64,000 nucleotides of DNA from Deltaproteobacteria bacterium TL4 (GTDB taxonomy: Bacteria > SAR324 > NAC60-12): positions 30,727-94,726 of the forward strand of contig JBBCAX010000150.1 of assembly GCA_051382335.1 (NCBI GenBank), in the 5' to 3' direction. Shown here in pieces: positions 18,953 through 30,238 of the stretch. Within the stretch, counting starts at the first letter, position 1, and each line of letters starts with the position of its first letter. The translations under genes and the position numbers were made by a program. The notes beneath the pieces were generated by a model that did no database searches, was not told the origin of the DNA, and saw nothing but the letters and a program-made list of their open reading frames with translations.

Positions 18953-20971
18953 TCAGGTTTCATTTTCTTGAGGATTACAAGGCCGTGCAAATACTTTGTG
19001 CTGCTCCAGATTGACTTGTTCTATGAGCAAATTAATCGTTTCTCCTTCGGAACACTTTGAAAGATATGGAATTTGTAAAAGATAGGCAATCTCATCAAGT
19101 TCAACTTCCGTTTTTGTTTCACGAATATGACGCCTGATGGTGGCATGAAACACTTCGCCTACATGTTGGTTTAAATACTTGGTTTTCCAATGAAATAAAA
19201 TGTTCTGCTCCACCTTGCCGTATATTTTTTGTTGTGTATCTATTTGTTGAGCCCAGTTCATTAACGGCTCCTCATTAAACAAAGGCTCTTTTTTATCTAA
19301 GTATCGATGTAATTGATGCTGAATGATCAAATCCAATAATCTACGAATCGGGGAGGTTGCCTGGATGTAAAAGTCACAGCCTAAACCCGCATGGGGTTCA
19401 GACACGGTGGAAAGTCTTGCGGCATCAATGCGAATGTGCCTCATGGTGAGTTCTTCATCGTCTTTAGGTTCTTGAACAATCTGATAAGGCGGCTGAGTTC
19501 GGTAGATGGCCGGAAATTGGTGTTGATGGAACAAACGTCCGACCTCTTGATTAACCAGAATGGCTAACTCCTGGATGATCATGTTTGAGGGCGTGTTCCG
19601 ATCAACGGAAGTAATTTGAATGTTCTTTTCATCAGAAATATCAACTTCTATTTCCTGGCGATTAATGTCGAGTGCCCCCTGAGCAATGCGGTTTTGTTTT
19701 AAAATAAGGCAATATTCATAGAGAATTTTCCAGAATTGTTCCCCAGCTTGTATTCGTTGGTCGGCTTCAGTGTAGCTGAGGTTTTCTTCAACCCTGATTT
19801 TTCCTCGTTCAATTCCGATTAACTTATATTCTCCACTTTGGAAAAGGTTTAAGTTAAAACTGATAACGGATCGGATTTTTCCCGCTTTAAGTGAAAATAA
19901 CTCATCGGCAAGAGAGGGGGGAAACATGGGAAAAACTCGTTTTAACGTATAAACCGAGGAAACTCGTTTTTCTGCCTCTTCAAAAAGAGAACTGTTGGGC
20001 GCAATAAATGAAGCAACATCCGCAATCTGAACCGCAAGTTGAATGCTGCTGTTATTCCACCCAAGGATGCTGATAGCATCATCATAATCTTTCGTTTTTT
20101 CAGAATCGATAGTAACGGTCAGGGTCTTGAGCCAATCCCGCTGATTCTCCGGAAAATTCGATTTTGTCAGGGATGCTGCTTCATTTTCAAGAGAAGATTT
20201 GAATTCCTCCCGAACATTCGCCCTTAAAAGCATCAAACGACACCAGGATATCGGTTTTCCTACTTGGAATAACCATTTCCTTAATTTACACTCATCATGA
20301 TCAGTGAGTTCATTGCCCAGATTTAAGAGGGGGGCCTGTTCTTTCCAATAGTTTGAGTTTTTTCCATGAACCAAGAGGGATTGAAGCTGTTGTAACCATT
20401 GAGCTTGATTTTCATCAATGGGGGTTTCTTTTTTCCAAACCTGAGCTTCAATAGCGTTGACCCATCCACTCACACTTTCAGACCACAGCTCCTGCTTCTT
20501 CTTTTTCTCATTTTGATGTTCAAGCTGTGCCAACTCTTCTGGTGTTCGTGGAACATATTCATTATTTTTGGTCCGTTTAAACCAGCGGGAATCGTGATAA
20601 AGCGAGAACCATAAGCTCAAACGCTGAACTGAATTTTCAGGGGAATCTAAAAAATCTGCTGCCAGAGTTTCCAACGTATACGTTTGCCCAGGCTCCGATA
20701 AGGCATGAATGGTTTCTATATCAATACTTGCAACTTGATGCTGCACGGATTCTATAATAACTTTCAATTGTTCCAGTGCTGCGTTCTCTACGTTAAGCAA
20801 CTTATTGTTTTTCCAGAACATAATGATATGGTTTGGAGCAAAAAACAACTCCTTTCCCTGAAGGGGAACGATAATCAACTTGGATTTTTGGATGTCCCGA
20901 ACCCATCCAAATGTTGGATTCCCATCTTTAAAGTAAAGACAGTAGTGGTGTAGTACAGACGTTAATTCCAT
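18953..20971 (-). CDS. RNB-domain exoribonuclease (RNase II/R family)
   Basis: TIDSEKTKDYDDA, VQIADVA, HAGLG...TSPIRR, C-terminal S1-like region. Confidence 0.9.
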   Translation of the reverse strand: MELTSVLHHYCLYFKDGNPTFGWVRDIQKSKLIIVPLQGKELFFAPNHIIMFWKNNKLLNVENAALEQLKVIIESVQHQVASIDIETIHALSEPGQTYTLETLAADFLDSPENSVQRLSLWFSLYHDSRWFKRTKNNEYVPRTPEELAQLEHQNEKKKKQELWSESVSGWVNAIEAQVWKKETPIDENQAQWLQQLQSLLVHGKNSNYWKEQAPLLNLGNELTDHDECKLRKWLFQVGKPISWCRLMLLRANVREEFKSSLENEAASLTKSNFPENQRDWLKTLTVTIDSEKTKDYDDAISILGWNNSSIQLAVQIADVASFIAPNSSLFEEAEKRVSSVYTLKRVFPMFPPSLADELFSLKAGKIRSVISFNLNLFQSGEYKLIGIERGKIRVEENLSYTEADQRIQAGEQFWKILYEYCLILKQNRIAQGALDINRQEIEVDISDEKNIQITSVDRNTPSNMIIQELAILVNQEVGRLFHQHQFPAIYRTQPPYQIVQEPKDDEELTMRHIRIDAARLSTVSEPHAGLGCDFYIQATSPIRRLLDLIIQHQLHRYLDKKEPLFNEEPLMNWAQQIDTQQKIYGKVEQNILFHWKTKYLNQHVGEVFHATIRRHIRETKTEVELDEIAYLLQIPYLSKCSEGETINLLIEQVNLEQHKVFARPCNPQENET

Positions 20972-21062
20972 AAGACTTTAGCGAAGAGTTCAAAAATGGG
21001 ATATTATCCCGTAGGAGGAAGGGAATCGCAAGCTCTGTCTTGATAAACTTGCGGTCGGATCC

Positions 21063-22022
21063 TTATAGTTTCCAGGTGACTACGGCTCGAATGACCAAAC
21101 CACCAAAACTAATATTATCGGAGGCTCCAGGAGTATACTCTTTGCCCTCTAAATCTTTCCATCCAATAAATACATTTTCCTTTCCTTCAATCACAGTTCC
21201 CTCTGAAACCAAAAGAATCGCAAAACGAAAACCGAAGGTCTCCCCATTTAAATCAATAGCGAGTCTTCTCACAGGAATCATGTCCGAGGCAAAGCGCTGT
21301 TGTTTGGTTTTTCTTTGCCAAGCATTTCGACTTTGTCCTCGAAAACCACCTTCATAAACGCCTTGTATTTTGGTAAAGCCTGCTCCGAAATTGATGTCAA
21401 TCCCCTCTTCTCCCGGAAAACCCATCGGATGAATACTCACCGTGAACATATCGTAATAAGTCTTCATTTTAATTAAAGGCCGTGAGCCACGACTCACAAT
21501 ATCACGGGATAAACGTCCTACAAGTGAGTCTAAGGCAAAAAAGGCAGTATGATAATACATGAATGAAAAGGCATTGACTAACGGAACATCATAAGGCACC
21601 ACTCTTTCAAGCGAAAATGAAGGTAACGTATCAACCACTTGTTGTTCAAGGGTCTCATTTGTTTGACATTCAACGACTGCGGGTTCAACGGTTTCATCGG
21701 TTTGACATAAAGCCTGTTCTCCTTGTCGCATGACGGTCATGGGCGTAGAGGGTTCGTCAAAAGCAGCGGAGTTGGTCATTTGTTTGTAAGGATGTGGGCT
21801 ATTGAACCGGGGAGAAGACATATCAAAAAAACCCAATTTCCAGTAGGCTTCACCTTCTTTATACGCCGTGTCCTTACCTTCAACAACTTCCTCCTGTTGT
21901 GCCGCAAGATCTTCAAACGTTGCATCTTGCGCATGAAGGGTGAAAAAAAAGCCGAAACACGCGATCATGAAGCTTATGAGAAGCATCATCTGAAACCACT
22001 TACGCTTTAAGAGCATCATCAT
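21063..22022 (-). CDS. Secreted hypothetical protein, possibly an outer-membrane beta-barrel
   Basis: Signal peptide ending LHA-Q; alternating-hydrophobic strands in the C-terminal half; ends RAVVTWKL. Confidence 0.6.
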   Translation of the reverse strand: MMMLLKRKWFQMMLLISFMIACFGFFFTLHAQDATFEDLAAQQEEVVEGKDTAYKEGEAYWKLGFFDMSSPRFNSPHPYKQMTNSAAFDEPSTPMTVMRQGEQALCQTDETVEPAVVECQTNETLEQQVVDTLPSFSLERVVPYDVPLVNAFSFMYYHTAFFALDSLVGRLSRDIVSRGSRPLIKMKTYYDMFTVSIHPMGFPGEEGIDINFGAGFTKIQGVYEGGFRGQSRNAWQRKTKQQRFASDMIPVRRLAIDLNGETFGFRFAILLVSEGTVIEGKENVFIGWKDLEGKEYTPGASDNISFGGLVIRAVVTWKL

Positions 22023-22154
22023 AAATTTAAGACCCTTAATAGATTATTGCCGAGTGAATCTCGTCCTTAAAGTCATGCATATATTATGCTTGATGGTATA
22101 ATTTACTGTCGTTCTACAGCGGATGGACCGTCAGAAAGAAGCACGCAAAATTCG

Positions 22155-22655
22155 CTACGCAGAGGGTTTTTCCGGAGGTTGGGATGAATTTCTGTGCTTT
22201 TCAATCAGACGTATTGCCGGAGTTGCGTCATCTCTTGATACTAAGACCTTCACCGTAAGTGCGCCCATCGGATGAATCAGAATGGTTGCGTTTTGTCGGT
22301 TCAGTATTTGTGTTAAAATTCCATGATTTTCGAGCATTGCGGCAACAAGATCTGCTTCCACAATGAAATGAGACTCGAAAATAGAAACCCACGGTTCATC
22401 AGACTTATCCTGATTTTTCTTCTCTTCCCTCTGCTTCCGTCTACGAATCTCATCAAGATAAACTACCTTATTTCCCCCTTGAGCTACAGAATCCTTTCCT
22501 TTCTCAGAGTGACGTGTTTGTTTATGGGCTTCCCAATAATAGAGCAAAGCCCCGATTCCCAGCACTACCATGTAAACAGGAAATGTGTCTGCAGGATGCA
22601 TCCACCAAATCAAAAGGGTTGAACTGCTTATCAATATCAAAAACGAAATCAGCAT
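22155..22655 (-). CDS. Membrane protein with a C-terminal DUF2007-like (PII-like) domain
   Basis: Two N-terminal TM segments; WVSIF...EADLVAAMLENHGI...VKVLVSRDDA..A pattern. Confidence 0.7.
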   Translation of the reverse strand: MLISFLILISSSTLLIWWMHPADTFPVYMVVLGIGALLYYWEAHKQTRHSEKGKDSVAQGGNKVVYLDEIRRRKQREEKKNQDKSDEPWVSIFESHFIVEADLVAAMLENHGILTQILNRQNATILIHPMGALTVKVLVSRDDATPAIRLIEKHRNSSQPPEKPSA

Positions 22656-22808
22656 GGCATTCTTTTTTCAGAAAGTCGATGAATCAAAGTGATACTCCAT
22701 TTATTGAGGGGCACTTTGTCTTTACCAAATAATACAATTAAAAACCAGAATAAATCCCTAACGATTGATTTTTTTGAAATTATATTTTTTATTCATAGAA
22801 AGTAATTA

Positions 22809-22837
22809 TTGCGATTCCCAATTACTTCCCGTATAAT
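22809..22837 (+). promoter_or_regulatory. Sigma70-type promoter for ssrA
   Basis: TTGCGA-N17-TATAAT about 40 nt upstream of the mature tmRNA 5' end. Confidence 0.65.
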
Positions 22838-22878
22838 GCGTATATATCTTTGATAACTCCTCAGTTTTCTTAACTTCA

Positions 22879-23255
<377 letters not shown>

Positions 23256-23293
23256 AATATCAATAGCTTACGGTGATTGGTCAACTTTTAGGG

Positions 23294-23323
23294 AAAGTCA
23301 GCTCGCAATAGCTGGCTTTTTTT
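23294..23323 (+). terminator. Intrinsic terminator downstream of ssrA
   Basis: AAGTCAGC(T)...(A)GCTGGCTT stem followed by a T run. Confidence 0.75.
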
Positions 23324-23440
23324 GATGGTTCTCAATTATTTGCCACATCCACTCTCCATTAAGATTACAAAACCAATTGTGATGGAGAAGCTCCGCTTTT
23401 CTTAAGTGATGGCTGGAGCAGCTATGAAAAAATCCTCAAT

Positions 23441-25438
23441 TTACTTTACTTGAAAGGGCTGTGTCATTCCCTGGTACAGTTTTTCTTTGGTGAGTGTTTT
23501 GATGAATCCCTGGTGCACAATGCGGTATTCGCCTTTTGCGGTATTTGAGGGGATATGCCACTCGATCTTAACTAAAGTCCCGGAAACGTCTTTGAGCCAT
23601 TGGATGGTGGTATCCCAATCATTGTCCGTGGCAATCATTTTCCAACCTCGCTCGGTTTTTACCTCCACTTTCAAATAAGTGGATTGGGTCATTAGATGAT
23701 GTTTGGGATGCACACTTTTGAAAACAGAGGCTACGGTTTCGCCAGTGACATAGGAAGCGTTAGGCTGTTGTACCACTGCTCCCAGTGAATTAGCCAATGA
23801 GCCGATATCCATAAAGACATCAGGGAGTTGAAACCATGGTTTTACGGCTTCAGGACGTTCTTCGGACTCAACTACCTTGTGACTGGCCATCGCCTGCGCG
23901 AGCCCACTATAAATTTGCTGATAGGCGGCCGAGGTATAGGGTCCAAAATGGGTCGAGGCGCCCTCATACCGTTGCAATTGATATTCTTCAGTGGTCGTAA
24001 TATAACCACTATACATATTGGCTAACCCGGTAATCACAGCGTGTGACACGCCTTGAGACTGGAGAACGTTCAAAACCTCGGCCTTTAAACGTCTTCCACA
24101 TGTCGTTGTCATTTCTCCAGGCACGGCAATCAAAGTGAGTTGTCCTATTTTCAATAGCTGAAAAGGCAAGGTTTGAGGAGTCCACGGTGTTGCCGAAATT
24201 TTTCCGGTTGGCAGCAATACGGGTTTCGGATAATGCATGGGATCCTGAGCCAGCTTTGAAATTCCCAGGACTGAGAGTTGAAGCATCTTTGCCGCGACGG
24301 AGTTCCGACTGAGCAGGATGCTGAGGGTATTCCAGCGTGCTTCTCTCCGGGTTCCTTCTTCCATACCGGGAACATTGCTAGGGCCATCGATTCCTGATCC
24401 GGCCGCAAATGAGATGCCTTTCGCTCCATACCCCAAGACTTGTTCTGATTCTTTCGTAAACTCATGTCTGACCCTGTAGCCCGGCATTTTAACCCACTGA
24501 TGACAAAAATCGATCTCTCCTGTGATCAGTTCTGTGGCTGAAGCATATAATTCCTTCGCCTTTTGGTATTGTCTTATGCCAGAATTTTGGGTTCGTTTGA
24601 ACGAATCATCTTCTTTACTTTGAAGGCCGTCAACATTGGGAGAAACATCGCCCTGCTCGCTGTTGGCAAAAGCCGCGACAAAAGTTTCTGCCGCTTGATA
24701 ATCGGTCCCTTTGTCCCGTTCAAAAAGATATTCAGCATGCCCTTTATTGTCACTGGAGATATATCTTAAATATTTATTCATGGAGGTTGAGTGTACAGCA
24801 AACCAATCAATCATCCCAATTTCATCACCAGTGGCTTTGACAAATTTCAAAATCGTCATTTCCTTGTTGGTGTCATGGGGATAATCAACATGCTCGGCAT
24901 TTTCCTGATAAGCCTCTTTGGAACGATTGATACTGGTGTTTAGAAGCTCTCCCCGGTTGATGTAAATTTTCCCCCAATCCAAATTCCCATGAGCTTTAAT
25001 AATCGCCTGAGTGATGCCGTTAACAATGATTTCAAAATTTTTATACGAGAATCCGAAAATGGTAAAATTGTACAACAGATAAGAAGAATAGCCCCCAGGG
25101 CCACTGTGAGTATGTGTGGCGCCCAACAGGGTATTTTCTTCATGATACAGATCTCCGTAAATAGCCTGGAGCCGTTCAACAACCGTAACTTTGACCAGGT
25201 GAGTGATGGCCCACAAGTCGGTATTGACAAAAACAACCCGCTTATTGGAATCGGGATGGACCACGATAAAGGCTCGTGCCCATAAGCGTGTATGCAGACC
25301 CTTTGCCAGTTGCTCGGGCATGGCATATCCCATCATCCCGACTCCTTTCACGGGACCTGTGATATCGTGGATTCCTGAGCCTATAAGATATTCACAAGCT
25401 GTTGCCTCAACTGTCTTTTGAATGCTTGCTTTCTTCAC
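23441..25438 (-). CDS. Neutral/alkaline ceramidase family protein
   Basis: DITGP..VGMMGY, GLHTRLWARAF, ATHTHSGPG, FAVHSTSM, SSDNKG, GDVSPN, PGEMTT..GRRL, YEGAST; GTG start with AAGGAGG RBS. Confidence 0.93.
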   Translation of the reverse strand: MKKASIQKTVEATACEYLIGSGIHDITGPVKGVGMMGYAMPEQLAKGLHTRLWARAFIVVHPDSNKRVVFVNTDLWAITHLVKVTVVERLQAIYGDLYHEENTLLGATHTHSGPGGYSSYLLYNFTIFGFSYKNFEIIVNGITQAIIKAHGNLDWGKIYINRGELLNTSINRSKEAYQENAEHVDYPHDTNKEMTILKFVKATGDEIGMIDWFAVHSTSMNKYLRYISSDNKGHAEYLFERDKGTDYQAAETFVAAFANSEQGDVSPNVDGLQSKEDDSFKRTQNSGIRQYQKAKELYASATELITGEIDFCHQWVKMPGYRVRHEFTKESEQVLGYGAKGISFAAGSGIDGPSNVPGMEEGTRREARWNTLSILLSRNSVAAKMLQLSVLGISKLAQDPMHYPKPVLLPTGKISATPWTPQTLPFQLLKIGQLTLIAVPGEMTTTCGRRLKAEVLNVLQSQGVSHAVITGLANMYSGYITTTEEYQLQRYEGASTHFGPYTSAAYQQIYSGLAQAMASHKVVESEERPEAVKPWFQLPDVFMDIGSLANSLGAVVQQPNASYVTGETVASVFKSVHPKHHLMTQSTYLKVEVKTERGWKMIATDNDWDTTIQWLKDVSGTLVKIEWHIPSNTAKGEYRIVHQGFIKTLTKEKLYQGMTQPFQVK

Positions 25439-25547
25439 TTTAACCTCCTTGTGATGGTTTTTCTCAATTTATGCAGGACAAATTAAGCGATAAGGAACGA
25501 ATGGCTCAGGGCCCCTACATTTCCAGAGAAACCGATGGCTTGATTAT

Positions 25548-27269
25548 CTATAAATTTTTAAAGAGTTCCAAGCGTTCTTGATAATAATTGGGGCCAGGAA
25601 CAGAAGTGGTGCCATTATCTTGTTGAGCGAGCTGAAAGGCTCGCTGAGAAGCCTCAAGTGCCTGGTCATATTCCTTGGCCAAACGATATCCCTCCGCAAG
25701 CGTATCCCATATATATGCCGCTTGGACTTGTTCCAAGGCTTGCAAAGCAAGTTGAATACTTTCTTGAATTCGTTGCGGTTCCTCAGCGTAATGCTGCGTT
25801 AACAGCCATGCCAGGTTGTTTAAAGCATGCACATCATTGGGCTGTATCGACAGGATCTGACGATAGAGGGCTTCCGCTTCTTCAAGCTCCTTTTCAAAAA
25901 AAAAGGTATCGGCTAAACTTCCTAAAAATCCAAAATCTTCGGAGGTCCATGCGCCTTCATGATTTTGCCATTTGTATTTCCATAAGGTCATTTGCAGATC
26001 GTTGGAAGCGGCAAAAATATTCAGGACAATCAGCGGGACTAACAGCCCGACACATAGTCCTTTCAGTTTCCGTACGTAGCGATGGTGCTGTTTAAGGAGG
26101 TGAGGGGATTGTTCACAATGAGTCAGAAACCGCAATCGTTGTTGAATCCCATAATGGTGCCAATTATGTTCCTCAATATTAATGCCATTCACCCAGGCTA
26201 CTTTTAAGATGGCTTGTGTAAAGGGTTCCAGACCTACGCGGATCAAGGAATTGCAGTCCGCTTGTCTTTCAAAATTCCGACTGAGAAAGCCAAATCCCAA
26301 CCGAATGAATAATAATAAGGCCCCGATCCCCATGAAAGTCATCACCCAAACAGGGATAGCCCATTCAAAGAGCAATTCCAGACTGCTCAAACCAATGGTG
26401 CCCAAAAGGAGCAGTTGAACAAAGCAAAGATAGCCCAGAATAAAATAGATGAGATGGCGTTGAATCACATGGCCGGCTTCATGGGCAATTACCGCTCTTA
26501 ATTCATTTTGATTGAGTAAATACACAAGTCTGGGACTGATCAACAAATAACGGCATCCGGGGAAAATGCCAATAATACCCGCTGTGATGCTTGGAATAAT
26601 GTGCTCCGGCCATGCGATGACCTTCGTCATGAAGATGCGGTTTGCTGCCAACTCGTCTTGAATGATCTCAACTTTGTCCTCTGCTAAAAGAGCTTTTGCC
26701 CCCCAACTCCAAATCATCATGAAGGGTGCTGCGACGCCAACCAGCAACAACCCGGAAATCAACTCAGTCACATACCAGATCCAACTGGTGGAGGTCGGCA
26801 TGATCCACTCTAACACCACCAACCATCCTATTTGTACCAGGCTCAAAATTAATAAAGGAAGTTGTAATCTCAGGTGATTGAAGCTTCGTGTCATTTTTTC
26901 AAAAAGGCCTTTAAGAGACCCCTGTTTTATGGGAGACATACAAAGGGCGTCAAGGAACCAATACTCTGCAAGCAATAACACAAAGGTAATTTGGGTGCCG
27001 TTAGTATAGGGATTGAGCTGTTGGACCAGTGTTTGGTCAATCAAGCCAAGGTAAGTGACGCCAAACCAAAAGAAATACATAAGGAATCGTTGAACGTGGG
27101 GTTGTTTGGAAGAACGTGGCCATTGTGCCAAGATCAAACTCACCAGCAACAATCCGCAAAACGCGAGCCCTGGAGTGGTTTCCAGGTTCCATCCCTGACG
27201 TGCTGGCTGTTCCAACAAAACAGATAAACTGATGAAGGCAATAATCAGGGGTAAGAAGAGTGTAAACAT
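25548..27269 (-). CDS. M48 family membrane metallopeptidase with C-terminal TPRs
   Basis: AVIAHEAGH, FERQAD, multiple TM segments, TPR (ALNNLAWLL, IWDTLAE). Confidence 0.88.
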   Translation of the reverse strand: MFTLFLPLIIAFISLSVLLEQPARQGWNLETTPGLAFCGLLLVSLILAQWPRSSKQPHVQRFLMYFFWFGVTYLGLIDQTLVQQLNPYTNGTQITFVLLLAEYWFLDALCMSPIKQGSLKGLFEKMTRSFNHLRLQLPLLILSLVQIGWLVVLEWIMPTSTSWIWYVTELISGLLLVGVAAPFMMIWSWGAKALLAEDKVEIIQDELAANRIFMTKVIAWPEHIIPSITAGIIGIFPGCRYLLISPRLVYLLNQNELRAVIAHEAGHVIQRHLIYFILGYLCFVQLLLLGTIGLSSLELLFEWAIPVWVMTFMGIGALLLFIRLGFGFLSRNFERQADCNSLIRVGLEPFTQAILKVAWVNGINIEEHNWHHYGIQQRLRFLTHCEQSPHLLKQHHRYVRKLKGLCVGLLVPLIVLNIFAASNDLQMTLWKYKWQNHEGAWTSEDFGFLGSLADTFFFEKELEEAEALYRQILSIQPNDVHALNNLAWLLTQHYAEEPQRIQESIQLALQALEQVQAAYIWDTLAEGYRLAKEYDQALEASQRAFQLAQQDNGTTSVPGPNYYQERLELFKNL

Positions 27270-27400
27270 AAAAATTCATCACGGTCAGGGCTATTTCATA
27301 AAATTTTATTTCTTTTGACTTGGCACTTTAAGCGGTTCGTCAATAGTATCATGCCCTTCAACTGACGATTCTCCTTTAAGTCCTTTAACCTAAGAGAAAT

Positions 27401-28564
27401 ATGGAATATTCGAGTAATGTACACCTTATTGAGCCTAATGATAAGAAAATATTTCTTGTTGGTACCGCTCACATCTCGCAACAAAGTGTTGATGAAGTCA
27501 TCCAGGTCATTGAAGCCGAGAAACCTGATACCGTTTGTGTGGAATTGTGCGCTTCTCGTTACGAATCGTTGATCAACGGGGATCGCTGGAAAGACATGGA
27601 CATCTTCAAAGTCGTCAAAGAAAAGAAAACTTTTCTACTGCTGACTAATTTAATCATGGCTTCATTTCAAAAAAAATTGGGAGATCAACTTGGGGTCAAA
27701 CCTGGCGCGGAAATGTTAGAGGCTATCAATACTGCCAAAAAAGTAAATGCTGAAGTTGAATTAGTTGACCGCGATGTTAGAATCACTTTGCAACGAACCT
27801 GGAGAAAACTCTCCTTTATGAATAAAGTAAACGCCTTGTCTCAACTCGTCGGAGGTTTATTCTTTCAGGAAAAGATTGACGAAGCAGAAATTGAAAAAAT
27901 GAAGGAGGTTGACATTTTATCTGACGCCATGGAACAACTTTCCCATCAGGCCCCCTCTATTAAAAAAACATTGATCGACGAACGAGATGAATATATGGCG
28001 GAAAATATTCGTAATGCGCCTGGGAAAATCATTGTCGCTGTCGTGGGAGCCGGTCATATCGCTGGTATAAAAAAAAAATTCAACCAAGCTCATGATTTAG
28101 AACTGCTTAAAGCAATTCCGTCTCCTGGGAAATTAGGCACTTTTTTTAAATGGGGGATTCCCAGTTTGATTATTGGATTAATCATTTATGGTTTTGTTAA
28201 GGTTGACGCGGACGTCAGTCTGGAAATGATTTGGCGGTGGTTCTGGATTAATGGCTCGCTTTCTGGTTTGGGGGCAGCCTTAGCGTTTGCTCACCCGCTT
28301 ACGATCCTCACTGCCTTTGTCGCTGCGCCTTTTACCTCCCTCAATCCGGCTATTGCCGCAGGATGGGTCGCGGGGTTGGTCGAGCTCTTTATTCGTAAAC
28401 CTCAAGTTCGTGATTTTGAAAGTTTAGGAGAAGACATCAGTCATTTTAAAGGGTTTTGGCAGAACAAAATCACACGGATTCTGCTAGTGGTCATTTTTGC
28501 AAACCTGGGAAGCGCCATTGGAACCTTTGTGGGAGGCATTGCGATCGCCTCGCTATTGCGTTAA
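27401..28564 (+). CDS. TraB/PrgY (pheromone shutdown) family protein
   Basis: LVGTAHIS, VCVELC..R, PGAEM, LVDRD, LIDERD, VVGAGH, C-terminal TMs with PFTSLNP. Confidence 0.92.
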   Translation: MEYSSNVHLIEPNDKKIFLVGTAHISQQSVDEVIQVIEAEKPDTVCVELCASRYESLINGDRWKDMDIFKVVKEKKTFLLLTNLIMASFQKKLGDQLGVKPGAEMLEAINTAKKVNAEVELVDRDVRITLQRTWRKLSFMNKVNALSQLVGGLFFQEKIDEAEIEKMKEVDILSDAMEQLSHQAPSIKKTLIDERDEYMAENIRNAPGKIIVAVVGAGHIAGIKKKFNQAHDLELLKAIPSPGKLGTFFKWGIPSLIIGLIIYGFVKVDADVSLEMIWRWFWINGSLSGLGAALAFAHPLTILTAFVAAPFTSLNPAIAAGWVAGLVELFIRKPQVRDFESLGEDISHFKGFWQNKITRILLVVIFANLGSAIGTFVGGIAIASLLR

Positions 28565-28569
28565 GGACG

Positions 28570-29637
28570 CTAGTTTTGAGTGGTGTGTCCTAGCAAAGCG
28601 TCAGTGCCAATGTATTCATCGCCAATATCTTGTGAATTGGTGTTATTCAGTAACGCTTTTTGGAGTAAGCGAATAAACTCATCCCGCTTTGCTTCCGCAT
28701 CCGTCCAGAGATAAAGTCCGTCCTCATCTTCTGCTGCGATAACGTGTACCGCGAAAAACCAATTTTCACGATGCCAGAGGAAGGTGGAGCGTTCTTGAAA
28801 CCTGAAAAACCAATGCCCACCGTCGCCCAGGCTGTTTTGAACGGAATAGGACATATTCAGATTACTGAACGAAAGCATATGTCTCCAAAACTTAAACGCC
28901 CGTTCATCGGAAACAAATTCAATAATCTGTAAATCAATCAGATGGCCCCCTTTTTCATACATCCATTTTTGAGCAAAACGGTAATGTTCCGGATTGAAAA
29001 TATATTCCATAAAATTCGGAACCAGATAGCTATTGATGGGCTCTTTCCCTTTATCAACCACATGCTGCAGTTTCAATTCCTGTTCCGCACGATTCAGGTG
29101 ATCCATATTCTGAGGGACAATGCGTTGAAAGGTTAAGTACCGTTGACTTGCGTCCAAAAACAAATCCGGAGGCGTTGCCCCTCGTTGATAGCGTCGAATG
29201 ATTCCCCGCAAGTTCGCCTTTGGCGCAAGTTGAAGAATTCCCCCAATTTGGGTAATATCTCCAAAAATTTCAGCACGCGATTCTACATTAAGAGCCCCTC
29301 CAGAAAAAACAATCCCATTATGCAATAAGCTATTGGGCCCTATCGTGACCAGGCAGCCCACAGAAAAAATTTGTCCTGTGACCTCTGCCTGAATCGTAAG
29401 GGTAGAGTGATTACAGGTCACATCCTTGGCGACAACATCCGAGGATAACACATAAGGCGATGAAATCTGCCAACTTTTATTTTCGTTCGCTTGCACCTCC
29501 GAAAGAGGAATGCCTAGCGAAAATACGATAAAAAGCACAGGCAGACGAAAAAACCAAGGACCAGGAAACGAAAAGACGTTCATCAAAATCAACACATAAA
29601 CCGGCTTTTTTTTCCTCTTATGATCATATCTACGCAT
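28570..29637 (-). CDS. Exported hypothetical protein with a bactofilin/beta-helix-like N-terminal region
   Basis: Signal-like segment ending VQA; repeating V.G.I...G..L.I pattern (VTGQIFSVG, LHNGIVFSGG, IFGDITQIGG). True start may be a downstream ATG. Overlaps the anti-sigma gene. Confidence 0.6.
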   Translation of the reverse strand: MRRYDHKRKKKPVYVLILMNVFSFPGPWFFRLPVLFIVFSLGIPLSEVQANENKSWQISSPYVLSSDVVAKDVTCNHSTLTIQAEVTGQIFSVGCLVTIGPNSLLHNGIVFSGGALNVESRAEIFGDITQIGGILQLAPKANLRGIIRRYQRGATPPDLFLDASQRYLTFQRIVPQNMDHLNRAEQELKLQHVVDKGKEPINSYLVPNFMEYIFNPEHYRFAQKWMYEKGGHLIDLQIIEFVSDERAFKFWRHMLSFSNLNMSYSVQNSLGDGGHWFFRFQERSTFLWHRENWFFAVHVIAAEDEDGLYLWTDAEAKRDEFIRLLQKALLNNTNSQDIGDEYIGTDALLGHTTQN

Positions 29638-30238
29638 CTTTTTTCTTATTCAAACCGTACATTTTTTGATCCGCAAGCTTTGCTTTTGCCGGAGACACTT
29701 TCATTAAAAAGGCTTGCTCTTTATGACTCAAACGCAACCCAATGGAAATTGCGGAATAATGCCAGTTGGGCGTTTCATTTTCAGAAGCTTCTTTCTCAAT
29801 CGAAAGTCCGAATTGATATTTATTCCAGACCACTCGAGTGGGACTGGAGTCCGTCATCAGCAGATCAGGTTCCAAGTCCACAACTTTATAATTAGAGGGA
29901 ATGTCGGTTATTTGCTGAGCTGAATACCACCAGCCTGAAATTCCTACGACCAACGTAACCATTGCCGCGGCCGACAGCACACGCCATTGAAATTTTTGCC
30001 ATTGTTGAGGTGGCGGATACAGCTTGGCTTGTAACTCGTCCCAAACGTCCAGTTCTGAGATAGAGGCGGGTGTGGGGTTCTCAACCTGGAGATACAATGC
30101 CAGCGAATCCTTCAAAATTTTGAGTTCTTGCTGACAATCTTCGCATTGTTCCCAGTGTTCTTTCCACTCTGGAAGGTCCAACTGTTCTGGATATTTAACG
30201 GATATCTCCTGAAGTTTCAGCATTTTTTCACATAACAT
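29630..30238 (-). CDS. Putative zinc-finger (ZAS) transmembrane anti-sigma factor
   Basis: HWEQCEDC (HxxxCxxC) followed by one TM helix; overlaps the ECF sigma stop. Confidence 0.8.
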   Translation of the reverse strand: MLCEKMLKLQEISVKYPEQLDLPEWKEHWEQCEDCQQELKILKDSLALYLQVENPTPASISELDVWDELQAKLYPPPQQWQKFQWRVLSAAAMVTLVVGISGWWYSAQQITDIPSNYKVVDLEPDLLMTDSSPTRVVWNKYQFGLSIEKEASENETPNWHYSAISIGLRLSHKEQAFLMKVSPAKAKLADQKMYGLNKKKDA